64,000 nucleotides of DNA from a virus: positions 95,171-159,170 of the IMG/VR virus record IMGVR_UViG_3300002143_000172; one strand, given 5' to 3'. The notes beneath the pieces were generated by a model that had not been told where the DNA came from, did no database searches, and worked only from the letters and a program-made list of their open reading frames with translations. The position numbers and the translations under genes were made by a program. Positions within the stretch are counted from its first letter, which is position 1; the number at the start of each line of letters is the position of its first letter. Shown piece by piece: positions 27,129 to 36,940 of this stretch.

Positions 27129-27371
27129 CTAAGAGGTGCCTATTTTAATTTTTTTTACAAACTCGATAACTTCTTTAACTGTTTGTAATTGTTCTGAATC
27201 GTCATCTGGAATTTCTATCTCTAATACTTCTTCCAAATTCATTATTAATTCAACTTTGTCCAGAGAATCTGCACCAAGGTCATTTGTTAAGTTACTATCA
27301 TCTGTTACTTGCTCTATCTTAACACCTAACTGTTCGGCTATGATTTTCTTTACTTGTTCTTCAATAAGCAT
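27129..27371 (-). CDS. acpP: Acyl carrier protein
   Basis: [18 protein letters not shown] phosphopantetheine Ser. Confidence 0.93.
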   Translation of the reverse strand: MLIEEQVKKIIAEQLGVKIEQVTDDSNLTNDLGADSLDKVELIMNLEEVLEIEIPDDDSEQLQTVKEVIEFVKKIKIGTS

Positions 27372-27380
27372 TTGAATCCT

Positions 27381-27632
27381 TTATTTTCCGCTGTAATCTT
27401 TAACAATACCACCGTGTGTTACGCTTTTGGCTTTACGACCTTTCAACGGGTGACCACTACCCTTAACACCCTGTTTACCCGTACCATCTGTGTGACCTGT
27501 ATCGTGCTTCAACATTCCGTTGCTCACGCATTGTGCATAACGCACATTGCTTAAACGAGAATGCCCCACAGAGCACTGGCTCTGCGTGGGCGTAGATAGA
27601 TTCTTTTCAGATAAAAGTTCTGTTATTCTCAT
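27381..27632 (-). CDS. Small basic late protein
   Basis: MRITELLSE N-terminus; TAAATA at 27657-27662. Confidence 0.65.
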   Translation of the reverse strand: MRITELLSEKNLSTPTQSQCSVGHSRLSNVRYAQCVSNGMLKHDTGHTDGTGKQGVKGSGHPLKGRKAKSVTHGGIVKDYSGK

Positions 27633-27659
27633 TGATATTCCATGTATAGTTCCGTATAT

Positions 27660-27998
27660 TTACCTAAAAAATATCAAACCCATTAATACTGTTTGAGCCA
27701 AAAATCCCATACAAATCGTTGCTATGTATAATGAATTCTTCTCAATAAGGGCTTTAAAGAATAAAGTAGTTAATCCTGCCCAAACAAAGATCATAATATC
27801 AATAGGGGGTAGTTTATCGCTTTGCGCCATCAGTAGTGCAATCAAGGTAGGAATGCTAGCAAGGTGCAATAGAAGAATAGTCACCCATCCTAGTGTATGC
27901 GAGCTAACATGGCCCAAATGATCTTTTAAGAACTCGTAGGTACTAACCAGCACTGATGTTAAAAACTTAACGGGTGAAAAATTTGATAAAAAGCTCAT
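27660..27998 (-). CDS. Small membrane protein (3 TM)
   Basis: Three hydrophobic segments; AAGGA RBS; downstream of the cell wall hydrolase. Confidence 0.7.
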   Translation of the reverse strand: MSFLSNFSPVKFLTSVLVSTYEFLKDHLGHVSSHTLGWVTILLLHLASIPTLIALLMAQSDKLPPIDIMIFVWAGLTTLFFKALIEKNSLYIATICMGFLAQTVLMGLIFFR

Positions 27999-28010
27999 GA
28001 TAGTTTCCTT

Positions 28011-28592
28011 TTATTTGTAAAAGATGTGACGGCCGATTTTTGCAACCTTTTCTTTGCGCCAGCCGGGGTTTATGTAATCAGCATGATAAAACATTGCTTC
28101 TTCTAAACTTGGAAGCCTAAATCCTTCCAATAAAACCTTCTTGGCTACGGTCATGCTTTCTTCGTAGCTTTCTTTGTTAGGACTACGGGCGGCGACGACT
28201 TTATCGCATACCCAACTAAATTGGCAAACGACCTTCTTATAAAAGACATTTTTCTGATAGATAGTTTGGCAAATATCTTCCGGAAACTTTCCGCTTACTG
28301 TTCTGTTTAAAGTAACCTGTGCGACTGCAACCTTTCCTTCAAATGGTTCAGACCCAGCTTCGTGATAGATATTTTGAGCAAGACATTGTAATTGCCTTTC
28401 TCGCACCTTTGCGGTAATTTGTGTATGTTCTACTGAACTGAGCTTTGCTAGTTTAGAATCCATAACAAATGATAATAGCGACATAGTGGACACAACTGCA
28501 AGTACCATCAGAATGATAGTTGCAATCTTTTTGCATGTAGCAGTTACTACTGCGTCCATGCTATACCCTGTATCAAGTGTAATTTCAGTCAT
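28011..28592 (-). CDS. SleB-like cell wall hydrolase (Hydrolase_2) with N-terminal TM
   Basis: CLAQNIYHEAGSE, VAVAQVTLNR, CQFSW, FYHADY, IGRHIFY. Confidence 0.92.
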   Translation of the reverse strand: MTEITLDTGYSMDAVVTATCKKIATIILMVLAVVSTMSLLSFVMDSKLAKLSSVEHTQITAKVRERQLQCLAQNIYHEAGSEPFEGKVAVAQVTLNRTVSGKFPEDICQTIYQKNVFYKKVVCQFSWVCDKVVAARSPNKESYEESMTVAKKVLLEGFRLPSLEEAMFYHADYINPGWRKEKVAKIGRHIFYK

Positions 28593-28693
28593 AAAAACCT
28601 CCTTTTTTCTCTTGTGGTAAGAATAGTTATCAACAAGCGTATAGTATATGCTAAAAAGAGACTAAAAATCAACCTTTTTGGTAAAAATATCGG

Positions 28694-29242
28694 TTACTTG
28701 ACGCCAATAATCATAAATCTACTAAATTTCCAGGTCGGATATTCAAAGTCCTTTTGGCCTGCATAATTTAGTGTAGTGATTGGATAACTGTTTACGAATG
28801 CCTTAAGATCTGTAGAATGGACATGGTGATCCTCGTGCGGCATGTTGTTGCCTTGGAGTATGATTCTAGTTCCATAGGGAATCTGATCAAACCATTCGGT
28901 GCTGTCAAAATGTTCTGTGCTGGTGTTAATAACTAGGTCCGGACTGCCTCTTACATAACTGTTGCAGTCAAGGGTAAAGGCTTTGAACTTCCAATCTTGC
29001 CAAACCCAATTTTCATTAATCATATCTGCAATAGGTTCGCAGGCAGGATCAAGGTCAAAACTTTGTATATGGTCAACTTTAAACTTACCGCGTGACAATA
29101 ATAGGAACGCAGTGACTCCATACCAGCCGCCATATATGTAGGTTAGATTAGAAGTCCATTTGGTTCTTTCTAATTCTTCACAGAGCCAAATTTTACTACC
29201 AACTTGACCGCTACTAAAGGCGTCGGAATTTATTTCATACAT
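28694..29242 (-). CDS. SAM-dependent methyltransferase-like protein
   Basis: IYGGWYG glycine loop, SFDLDP, VINTSTEH. Confidence 0.65.
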   Translation of the reverse strand: MYEINSDAFSSGQVGSKIWLCEELERTKWTSNLTYIYGGWYGVTAFLLLSRGKFKVDHIQSFDLDPACEPIADMINENWVWQDWKFKAFTLDCNSYVRGSPDLVINTSTEHFDSTEWFDQIPYGTRIILQGNNMPHEDHHVHSTDLKAFVNSYPITTLNYAGQKDFEYPTWKFSRFMIIGVK

Positions 29243-29774
29243 AGTACAATTCTGGATATTCAACTAACACATGAGCACCGCCCTGTTCGTATGCAGATTG
29301 GTAAGCACTGAAGATATCTTTTGTCTTTTGTAAGTCGTGGAATTGAATATTTGGACAAAGAGATTTAAATTCAGAAAGGTAGTTGCCCTTGTGTTGATGT
29401 CCGGGATCTAATGGTTTGTCTGATCCTTTGCCCAGCCTAATGAGAATGTTTGCTTTCTTACTGGTCATCAATTCATACTTGTCAATATGGTTAACTAATT
29501 GGTTAACGGCCAATATGATAAAGTCCCAACGGGGATAGAATGTAACCACTGTCTTGCCCGTCATAGCAATACCTAAGCTCATGCCCATTTGTGATTCTTC
29601 CATTACCGGAAGCTCTACCATCTTGTCTTTGGACACATCACCTAAAGTTGTGCTCATAGGATTACCTGCATAGACAATCTGCTGTCCTATAAACATCACA
29701 TTGTCCTGCTGTCCTAGGAATGTCATTGCCCTAGTAAGCTCGTCCTTGTAAGGAGATAGTTGTGGTCCACTCAT
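29235..29774 (-). CDS. ThDP enzyme beta-like subunit (transketolase/E1 pyrimidine-binding domain only)
   Basis: ELPVMEESQMGMSLGIA, QLVNH, DPGHQH. Confidence 0.85.
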   Translation of the reverse strand: MSGPQLSPYKDELTRAMTFLGQQDNVMFIGQQIVYAGNPMSTTLGDVSKDKMVELPVMEESQMGMSLGIAMTGKTVVTFYPRWDFIILAVNQLVNHIDKYELMTSKKANILIRLGKGSDKPLDPGHQHKGNYLSEFKSLCPNIQFHDLQKTKDIFSAYQSAYEQGGAHVLVEYPELYYV

Positions 29775-30640
29775 GCTAGTTTCTCAATTCGTTTAATAAT
29801 GTTCTCTGCCATTACTTGATGACAAGTTACTGACGGGTGATGATCTTTGGGTGTTACTTCAAACTGTTCTTCATCCCACTTTACCGTTAATTCTGGGTTG
29901 TAGCCTTTTGACTGCATTGCGCCCGGACTCATCAAATTCTGTATACTATCATAGTTTACACCCTTGTAGTCAAAAGTCAAGAACCGTTCTTTTAACCACG
30001 GATCTTCGTTTATAAAAGCCGAGTAGTCATTGGGCCAGGAAAACAACATCGTCTTTATTCCGTGTTCCTCACACTGGACTAGTAGACTCTTTACATTGGC
30101 TAAGCCATCGCGTATATATTGATCAATCCATTGATCCAGAGTAAGTCCTGTTTGATCTAACCATTTTAAGAACTTTTCCTTAAATCGATCATCTCCCCTT
30201 GCCATGTGAAAGGGTATTTCGTGTTTCTCTCCGTTAACTTCCATAAAGAAGTTATCTCGTTGCCATTGTGTTAATTGAAATACTAAATGCGACACTTCTT
30301 CGTATTCAATAGGAGGAATGTTATGTCCACCATACCAGGCTTTAGGATCTCTATTTGTGAGACAATTTTTCCACCAATGCACCGCGCCTTGGTTTGATCC
30401 GCCGTTGTTGGGGTGTACATGTTCAAAAGTTTTAAAATGATTGGCTACAAGCCTAGGATACCTAACACTCTCCATGTATCTTTTGTGAGAAGGTGTTAAT
30501 AGCTTCTCGTCGTAATGATCGGGCAATGGCTCACGCAAAGTTGACAGATTACTATAATAGTAAAGTCCCTGACCCCAAGTGAAACTGCAACCTGCAAAAA
30601 TGATACCTTTAGTTACTCTAGCTGTGTCTTTACTTTTCAT
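29771..30640 (-). CDS. SGNH/GDSL-like protein
   Basis: FAGCSFTWG, GGSN, terminal DHHP. Confidence 0.6.
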   Translation of the reverse strand: MKSKDTARVTKGIIFAGCSFTWGQGLYYYSNLSTLREPLPDHYDEKLLTPSHKRYMESVRYPRLVANHFKTFEHVHPNNGGSNQGAVHWWKNCLTNRDPKAWYGGHNIPPIEYEEVSHLVFQLTQWQRDNFFMEVNGEKHEIPFHMARGDDRFKEKFLKWLDQTGLTLDQWIDQYIRDGLANVKSLLVQCEEHGIKTMLFSWPNDYSAFINEDPWLKERFLTFDYKGVNYDSIQNLMSPGAMQSKGYNPELTVKWDEEQFEVTPKDHHPSVTCHQVMAENIIKRIEKLA

Positions 30641-30645
30641 ATGTA

Positions 30646-31344
30646 TTAAATTCCAAAATGTTCCATAATTTCATGTGCAAGAGCTTTTAATGGCGCTAGT
30701 GCAGGATGTTTCTGATTATAAAATTTTGCCGTGTCTTTGGTTGCTTCTTTGATGATTTCTGCAACTGCTTGCTCTCTTTCAATAATCTCATCAGTTATTC
30801 CTTTGAAGTCCCAAAGGCACCCTTTTCCTCTTTCTAAGAATTCAAATGCTTGGCTTTCCGGAATATCCTGTCCTGCAATTTTTGCTCTTAGATTATCTAT
30901 TCTAAATTCTGCCCAGTCTAATAAATGCTTCCTGGAAGATAACAAAGGTGCGTGTCCCCCCATTATGGCCCATTGAGTCTTTGGGTACTTCGCCTTCATG
31001 TTAGTTACTTGTCCATAAATTAAATCTGCTGTTAACTCCATGGCAGCATCATAACCCACAGTCGGAATTTGACTTACAATAGGAGGAGTTAAATCCCTCA
31101 TTAATTCAGAATGAAACCAAATAATTAAATCAATTTCTCGTTCAGTTCCTTTTGTAGCATCGAGGTATACTTCTGCTTGAGTTAGTTGATAGTTGTTAGA
31201 ATTGCCGCCCCAGGACCTATTAGATACTGCATGACCTTTTTTCATAAACTGAAACTCAAACCATTCTGAAATAGTTTTGTCCATGCTCCACATATGGCAG
31301 GGAGTAATTCCCCAAGTGTCCCCTAATATTAATATATTTTTCAT
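30646..31344 (-). CDS. SGNH/GDSL-like protein (divergent)
   Basis: ILGDTWG, GGNSN, terminal KHP. Confidence 0.5.
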   Translation of the reverse strand: MKNILILGDTWGITPCHMWSMDKTISEWFEFQFMKKGHAVSNRSWGGNSNNYQLTQAEVYLDATKGTEREIDLIIWFHSELMRDLTPPIVSQIPTVGYDAAMELTADLIYGQVTNMKAKYPKTQWAIMGGHAPLLSSRKHLLDWAEFRIDNLRAKIAGQDIPESQAFEFLERGKGCLWDFKGITDEIIEREQAVAEIIKEATKDTAKFYNQKHPALAPLKALAHEIMEHFGI

Positions 31345-32271
31345 TTATTTCTCTAAAAATTTTATTACATTTTCTGCAATTATTTGATGGCATTTTAAAC
31401 TAGGGTGCCCATCTGGTGGCGGAACCTTAAAATTTTCAAAATCATTTTCAATTGCTAATTCGGGATGATTCTTTATTAATGCCGAGACGCAATCATACTT
31501 GTTATTGTTATAGTTAAATTCAATAAATCGTTCCTTTAACCACGGGTCAACTTTAATGTAGGGTAGATATTCCGGAGGCCAAGACATTATTGAAGTTTTA
31601 ACTCCCTGTTCCTCAAGCCCTTGTAAAAAAGTTTTAATATTTTTAACAGAAGTTGACATTAATTTAGCATTATACTTAGCTAGACTAGTTTCTTCTTTTC
31701 TAAGTTTTTCTAAAAGTATTTCTTGATAAGGCTGATCCTTATCCCATGTTTGCGATATTGTTACTTCAACCCATTTACCGTTGTAGACAACTGTATCGAG
31801 CTCGCGTGTCCATTCAGTTATTTGAAACACAAAATGTGAAATATCAGAAATATCTAAAGGCATAGGTCGATCAACCATTTCTGGATGATCTTTCTCTACT
31901 GTCCTAAGATCAACTCCATCTAAACTACGATTAGTGTAATCAAAATTGTGCCCACGAATACGAATTCTATCTTTGATAGTTGGTGTTTGTAAAGCTGTAG
32001 TCCAAAATTTGATTATTTGATGATTTGCTCCTCCGTTCTTAGGTTGAACTAGTTCAAATGTTTTAAAATGATTAGCCACTAATCGAGGAAAGCGCACGGC
32101 ATCTTTAAACGCCAAATGTTGCGATTGCTGTAGATGGGGAGTGTATCCGTTCTTGATATCTTCTTGAACAGTTGACGAATTCATGTAATACCAAAGTCCT
32201 TGCCCCCAAGTGAAACTGCACCCTGCAAAAATGATACCCTTAGTACGGGCTACGGTATCATTTAACTCCAT
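31345..32271 (-). CDS. SGNH/GDSL-like protein
   Basis: FAGCSFTWG, GGAN, terminal DGHP; paralogue of 29771..30640. Confidence 0.6.
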   Translation of the reverse strand: MELNDTVARTKGIIFAGCSFTWGQGLWYYMNSSTVQEDIKNGYTPHLQQSQHLAFKDAVRFPRLVANHFKTFELVQPKNGGANHQIIKFWTTALQTPTIKDRIRIRGHNFDYTNRSLDGVDLRTVEKDHPEMVDRPMPLDISDISHFVFQITEWTRELDTVVYNGKWVEVTISQTWDKDQPYQEILLEKLRKEETSLAKYNAKLMSTSVKNIKTFLQGLEEQGVKTSIMSWPPEYLPYIKVDPWLKERFIEFNYNNNKYDCVSALIKNHPELAIENDFENFKVPPPDGHPSLKCHQIIAENVIKFLEK

Positions 32272-32692
32272 CGTCAGTCTCCTGTTTACTCCAACTAATT
32301 TCCCAATCTTTCCATTCTGCGGCCAGGCAGTCGACTTTATAATCCTTGCGACCGCCGACTACTTCTTGGATTTTATTCTTAGCAGTATTTCGGATACCAT
32401 TAAGCCCGTGTGTTAGTTCTAAGTTGTTGCCATCTTTAACACCACGACGGTAATTAGACTCGTTGTGCCAGATATGCAAATTCATCTGTGATACTACAAC
32501 GATAGCGCGAATAGTGTCTGCTGTAATATTCCCGGCCGCTTCGTCTAAAATGATTTGGATATCGTGTACGATATCTGCTATCTCTGTAGAATATTCATCT
32601 TTATGTTCTGAAATAAACACTTCTTTAAGTTGAACAATGCTCAGGCGATCAATTAGATCCCCAAGAGTATGTAGATATTTTCGTTCGCTCAT
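32258..32692 (-). CDS. Hypothetical helical protein
   Basis: LGDLIDRLSIVQLKE...IWHNE...N.IR...K..I pattern. Confidence 0.55.
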   Translation of the reverse strand: MSERKYLHTLGDLIDRLSIVQLKEVFISEHKDEYSTEIADIVHDIQIILDEAAGNITADTIRAIVVVSQMNLHIWHNESNYRRGVKDGNNLELTHGLNGIRNTAKNKIQEVVGGRKDYKVDCLAAEWKDWEISWSKQETDDGVK

Positions 32693-33630
32693 AAGTTTGT
32701 AAAGCTCCTGTTGTTATGGGTGATAATAAATTGGTAAGCATCGATCAATTGTGCGATACCGTAGTCTAAGTCGTATAACGGGCGCCAACTCAGATTTTCA
32801 ATCTTTTCATTTGATACGATGTAATTTCTTTTATCAAAATCTTCTTTAAATTCGTCCTGCTTGATCACTAACTTGGGAAGATGTTCTTTAATCTTTTCAG
32901 CTAGTTCCAATTTACTTAGGTTTGCAGAACTCAATCCTACATTATACGCCTGTCCTTTACATTGGTCATAATTCCTAATCATGAACTCAAATGTTTGGGC
33001 AATATCCTGCACATGAATATAGTTGCGTTTGAAATGCGCTTCGAACAACACTAGGTAACCATCAGTAACTGATTTATAAACAAAGTCGTTGACTAATAAA
33101 TCTTGTCGCATCCTTGGACTTACACCAAAAACTGTAGCAAGTCGCATTGCTATTCCGTTGCCTCTACTCAACACTACATCTTCAGCATCGCATTTAGTTT
33201 TAGCATAGTGCGACAGAGGCTTGAAAGGACTTGATTCGGTAATAATCTGATCCGATGATCCGTACTGACTGTTAGTATTTGGTACAAGGATTTTTTGATC
33301 TCGACCTAATACTGACACAATGTTTGCAATGTGTTGAAAATTTACATCTGTTGCTAATTGCGGATTAGCTTTACATGCAGGCATTCCTACTATGGCAGCT
33401 AATGGGATAATAACATCATGTACTTTTGCCTGTTCAAGTAGGCGTTCAGTATCTCTAACATCACCAAGTATAAACTTAAAGCCTTGTCTCTTAAATAGGT
33501 GAAGCATTGATAACTGTTTATACATCAAATTATCAAAAACAGTTACATGGTATCCCTTATCGAGTAGATACTCTGTTAGTGTAGAACCTAGATAACCTGC
33601 GCCGCCTGTGATTAGTACTTTCATATCCAT
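32689..33630 (-). CDS. NAD-dependent NDP-sugar epimerase/dehydratase
   Basis: TGGAGYLG, YAKTK, RLATVFGVSPRMR. Confidence 0.92.
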   Translation of the reverse strand: MDMKVLITGGAGYLGSTLTEYLLDKGYHVTVFDNLMYKQLSMLHLFKRQGFKFILGDVRDTERLLEQAKVHDVIIPLAAIVGMPACKANPQLATDVNFQHIANIVSVLGRDQKILVPNTNSQYGSSDQIITESSPFKPLSHYAKTKCDAEDVVLSRGNGIAMRLATVFGVSPRMRQDLLVNDFVYKSVTDGYLVLFEAHFKRNYIHVQDIAQTFEFMIRNYDQCKGQAYNVGLSSANLSKLELAEKIKEHLPKLVIKQDEFKEDFDKRNYIVSNEKIENLSWRPLYDLDYGIAQLIDAYQFIITHNNRSFTNL

Positions 33631-34295
33631 CCTAATTTTTCTATGTGTGATTTTAATTCATTTGCCATGTAACGATGCCCGAACTCACTGAAGTGGCAGG
33701 TGTCATTTTCTCTAAGGTTATATTTGGGATCGCTGTGCGTATCCTCAGATATTTGGCTAGGTTGAAAATAATCAATTACATAATTTGATATTAAGTTACT
33801 TCTAGTTGTGTTCAAGAAAATAGTTCTTATCTTATGATTCTTTAACATCTGCTGAAAGTTATAATTGTTAACCCTAAACTCTTCTTCTGAAAATCTAGGA
33901 CTCACAAAATACTGCTCAAACTCTTTAAGGAATTGCTTCTCTTCATCATGTGGTTGCCATGTATGTGCCGCAGGCTTCCATCTAATTACTCGACCTCCAT
34001 CATGCGACAGATCTGCGGGAGGGGCTGTGTACTTCGGTCCAGGATCCGGTAAAGCACTCCAAAATTCATTTCTAACTATTTCTGTATACTGTATAACAAC
34101 TACATCTTCTTCTGTGATAGTTTTATCTAAAATATGGTTAGTTATCCTTCTCCATATTCTAAAATTACTCCCGGCGCCAGCACCTTCGTGGAGGTAGTCA
34201 ACGCCAAGATCGGTAGCAAGTATTTTACCATACGGCAAGTCAACATCAGTATAGTCACTGACGCTACACCCTGCTACACATAGTTTTCTAATCAC
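33621..34295 (-). CDS. SGNH/GDSL-like protein
   Basis: VAGCSVSD, GAGSN, terminal DTCHF..GH. Confidence 0.55.
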   Translation of the reverse strand: MIRKLCVAGCSVSDYTDVDLPYGKILATDLGVDYLHEGAGAGSNFRIWRRITNHILDKTITEEDVVVIQYTEIVRNEFWSALPDPGPKYTAPPADLSHDGGRVIRWKPAAHTWQPHDEEKQFLKEFEQYFVSPRFSEEEFRVNNYNFQQMLKNHKIRTIFLNTTRSNLISNYVIDYFQPSQISEDTHSDPKYNLRENDTCHFSEFGHRYMANELKSHIEKLGWI

Positions 34296-35260
34296 TTAAA
34301 CTCGTCCTTGTTAGCTAGGTACCAATTATATGCTTTTAGTAAGCCTTCTTCTAACGGAGTAGTTGCTTCCCAACCTAGTGCATCTTTAATCTTGTTAGAG
34401 TCAATGCGGCGAGTAGGAATCATGCTAGGCTTACCCTTAACATACTCAATAGGATTAGTATTGTTTACTAACTGTTTCATTATAGATAATACATCATTAA
34501 CAGAGTAAACATTGTTGCATCCTACATTGAATACATCATATGTTTCTTGTTTTTCAATTACTAATTGTAGCGCCTGAATGAAGTCGTCAACGAACAACAA
34601 ATCTCGCAACTCAGTACCGTCACCCCATACTGGAATAGGATTCATATTGTCTGCTACTTTACGGATAGTTGCAGGTGTTACATGACACTTAGCAAAGTCG
34701 TATTTGTCATGAGGACCAAATAGGTTAGCAGGACGAATAACAACTGTAGTCATTGGATTGGGCAAATACTTTGCATACAACTCGCATTGTACTTCTGCAT
34801 ATCGTTTCATCCATCCTACTGGAAAGTACACAGGGTAAGGCTCATCAAACAAGAAGTCTGTTTCAACTACTGGCTCATCGCCCTTAGGAGGATATACTGT
34901 ATTGCTACTAATAAAGATATACTTGCTAACTTTGTTACGATACGCACTATCGATCAAGAAGTTGTTCATAGCCACATTTGGTGTAACATGAGCAAGAGGG
35001 TCCTGAACTGTGTCAACTGCGTTACTGGTACTTGCGGCCGCGTGTACTACAACATCTACATCTTTAGTAACAGCTAGGCAATCTTCATAAGTCATTAAGT
35101 TTCCACTAACATAATCTACAATGTCGTGTTTAATACGAGGCTGTCGAGTATGTAGGTGTACACGGATATTAGTATACCCGTCTGCCACTAATTTGTTTGT
35201 AAGATTTTGACCAACTAGGCCAGAACCTCCAGTAATTAAAATTCTCTTATCTTTTAACAT
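34292..35260 (-). CDS. GDP-L-fucose synthase-like epimerase/reductase
   Basis: TGGSGLVG, RPANLFGPHD, VWGDGTELRDLLFVDD; start at MLKDKR. Confidence 0.85.
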   Translation of the reverse strand: MLKDKRILITGGSGLVGQNLTNKLVADGYTNIRVHLHTRQPRIKHDIVDYVSGNLMTYEDCLAVTKDVDVVVHAAASTSNAVDTVQDPLAHVTPNVAMNNFLIDSAYRNKVSKYIFISSNTVYPPKGDEPVVETDFLFDEPYPVYFPVGWMKRYAEVQCELYAKYLPNPMTTVVIRPANLFGPHDKYDFAKCHVTPATIRKVADNMNPIPVWGDGTELRDLLFVDDFIQALQLVIEKQETYDVFNVGCNNVYSVNDVLSIMKQLVNNTNPIEYVKGKPSMIPTRRIDSNKIKDALGWEATTPLEEGLLKAYNWYLANKDEFK

Positions 35261-35960
35261 TATTTTCCTTAATTTCGTCTTTGTTATATAAAAATGCCAA
35301 GTAACAATATCTTTTGAAGTCACCTGTAACACGATTCACAGTGTGCCACGGGTTATGCTCTTTGAAATCCAATATTACATAATTACCTTTTATTGGTGGT
35401 ACTGTTACATGATCTTGGGCGGACATATTTTGGTCTTCACCCTGAAGTACTAGTTCCCCGCCATTATTGTCATATCCATCGGACTCACTCATGTAGATTA
35501 AGACGGCAGCAATTCTACCAAGATTCTTTCCATCTCGGTGTTTATCTATAAAATCTCCATTTTGGTAAAGAGTAAAATAATCTCGAAATTCTAGATTAGA
35601 ATGTTCGGAGTTAATTTCAGGATAGAAATTTCGAATAAACCCTTTAACAATACCTCTAAAATGAGATAAGGGATCAAATGCAGATCTATTAGCAATCTGA
35701 AACCACTGCTGGCTAACTTGCCTTGAATGTTCCTTGATTTTTTCTCTGCGGGTCTCAATCATCGAAATCGGAATCGTCATTGGCCAGTCTGGGTCATTGT
35801 GCGTTCCTATTATACAGTTATGGTAAAATGCTGTATCATCCTGTATCGGAAGATTTTTTATCATAGTAGACATTGTGTCAAACTCCGGCATATCTGATTC
35901 TCTAACAATCTCAGTAAGGTCGCCTACATAAAATCCCCGTTCTTTTAAACTATCATTCAT
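35247..35960 (-). CDS. 2OG-Fe(II) oxygenase
   Basis: HRD (HxD), GGEL, WHTV, R. Confidence 0.85.
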   Translation of the reverse strand: MNDSLKERGFYVGDLTEIVRESDMPEFDTMSTMIKNLPIQDDTAFYHNCIIGTHNDPDWPMTIPISMIETRREKIKEHSRQVSQQWFQIANRSAFDPLSHFRGIVKGFIRNFYPEINSEHSNLEFRDYFTLYQNGDFIDKHRDGKNLGRIAAVLIYMSESDGYDNNGGELVLQGEDQNMSAQDHVTVPPIKGNYVILDFKEHNPWHTVNRVTGDFKRYCYLAFLYNKDEIKENNVKR

Positions 35961-36940
35961 TTTTTAGATCCATATGCAGAAACTACTTTGAGTATCCCGT
36001 CTTTAAGACTAGTACTAGGTAGTATGTTATATTTCTTTTGCTTTTCTGCGCCCAGACATCTTAGCATATCACCGTTAGGTTTTGTTTCGTCCCAAACAAT
36101 CGTTTTAGTTTTTCCCGTAACTTCTGCATAGGCAGCAACGATTGCTTCTATTGTTTCTTTAATGGTAACTGCTTTGCCACAGCCAAAGTTAATTACATCA
36201 TTAACTTCTTTCTTTACAACATCAACAACCGCTTGGGCAACATCATCTCCAAATACAAAGTCTCTGCGGGCAGAACCATTACCCCAACATACAATTTCAT
36301 CACCGTCAGTATTAAACACTTTCCATACATTGGCACCGATAACTGTTGCTTCTTGAGAGAAGTTATCTTTTATTCCGTAAATGTTAGCAGGCCGCATAAT
36401 AGTCCACTTAGTCCAATCGTGCTGTATCCGCAAAGAGTCTATTGCTAACTCGCCCATACGCTTGGCCCAGCCCGGATGCCAATCATTCTTACTGGGCATA
36501 GTATCCCATACTGTATCTTCGTGCATCACATCGGCAGGTTGATAAACACCAACCGACGACATGTAAACGAACCAATCAACTTTAGCATCAAACGATGCTT
36601 TGATCATATTAGTATTAAACATCATCATTGGAAATAGATAATCAGCGGGTTGCTTGGCAGCTCTAGATGGGCTCCCTTTAATACCAGCAATGTGTAATAC
36701 TACATCAACTTTGTTTCCGGTAAACAAAGTTTGACAGTTATTAAGATATGTTAAATCTTTTTCAATAAGTGTAAGTTTACCCAACGGATATTGTTTTCTC
36801 AGAGCTACTAGATCATCACTAATCTTAATGTCTACTGCGATTACTTCTAGGGCACCCTCGTCTAGACATTTGATCACTGTGGGGTTGCCCACTAATCCAC
36901 TAGCACCTGTTATTAATATTCGTTTATCTTTAATTTCCAT
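35957..36940 (-). CDS. GDP-L-fucose synthase-like epimerase/reductase
   Basis: TGASGLVG, RPANIYG..DNF, WGNGSARRDFVF, KPNG. Confidence 0.85.
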   Translation of the reverse strand: MEIKDKRILITGASGLVGNPTVIKCLDEGALEVIAVDIKISDDLVALRKQYPLGKLTLIEKDLTYLNNCQTLFTGNKVDVVLHIAGIKGSPSRAAKQPADYLFPMMMFNTNMIKASFDAKVDWFVYMSSVGVYQPADVMHEDTVWDTMPSKNDWHPGWAKRMGELAIDSLRIQHDWTKWTIMRPANIYGIKDNFSQEATVIGANVWKVFNTDGDEIVCWGNGSARRDFVFGDDVAQAVVDVVKKEVNDVINFGCGKAVTIKETIEAIVAAYAEVTGKTKTIVWDETKPNGDMLRCLGAEKQKKYNILPSTSLKDGILKVVSAYGSKK

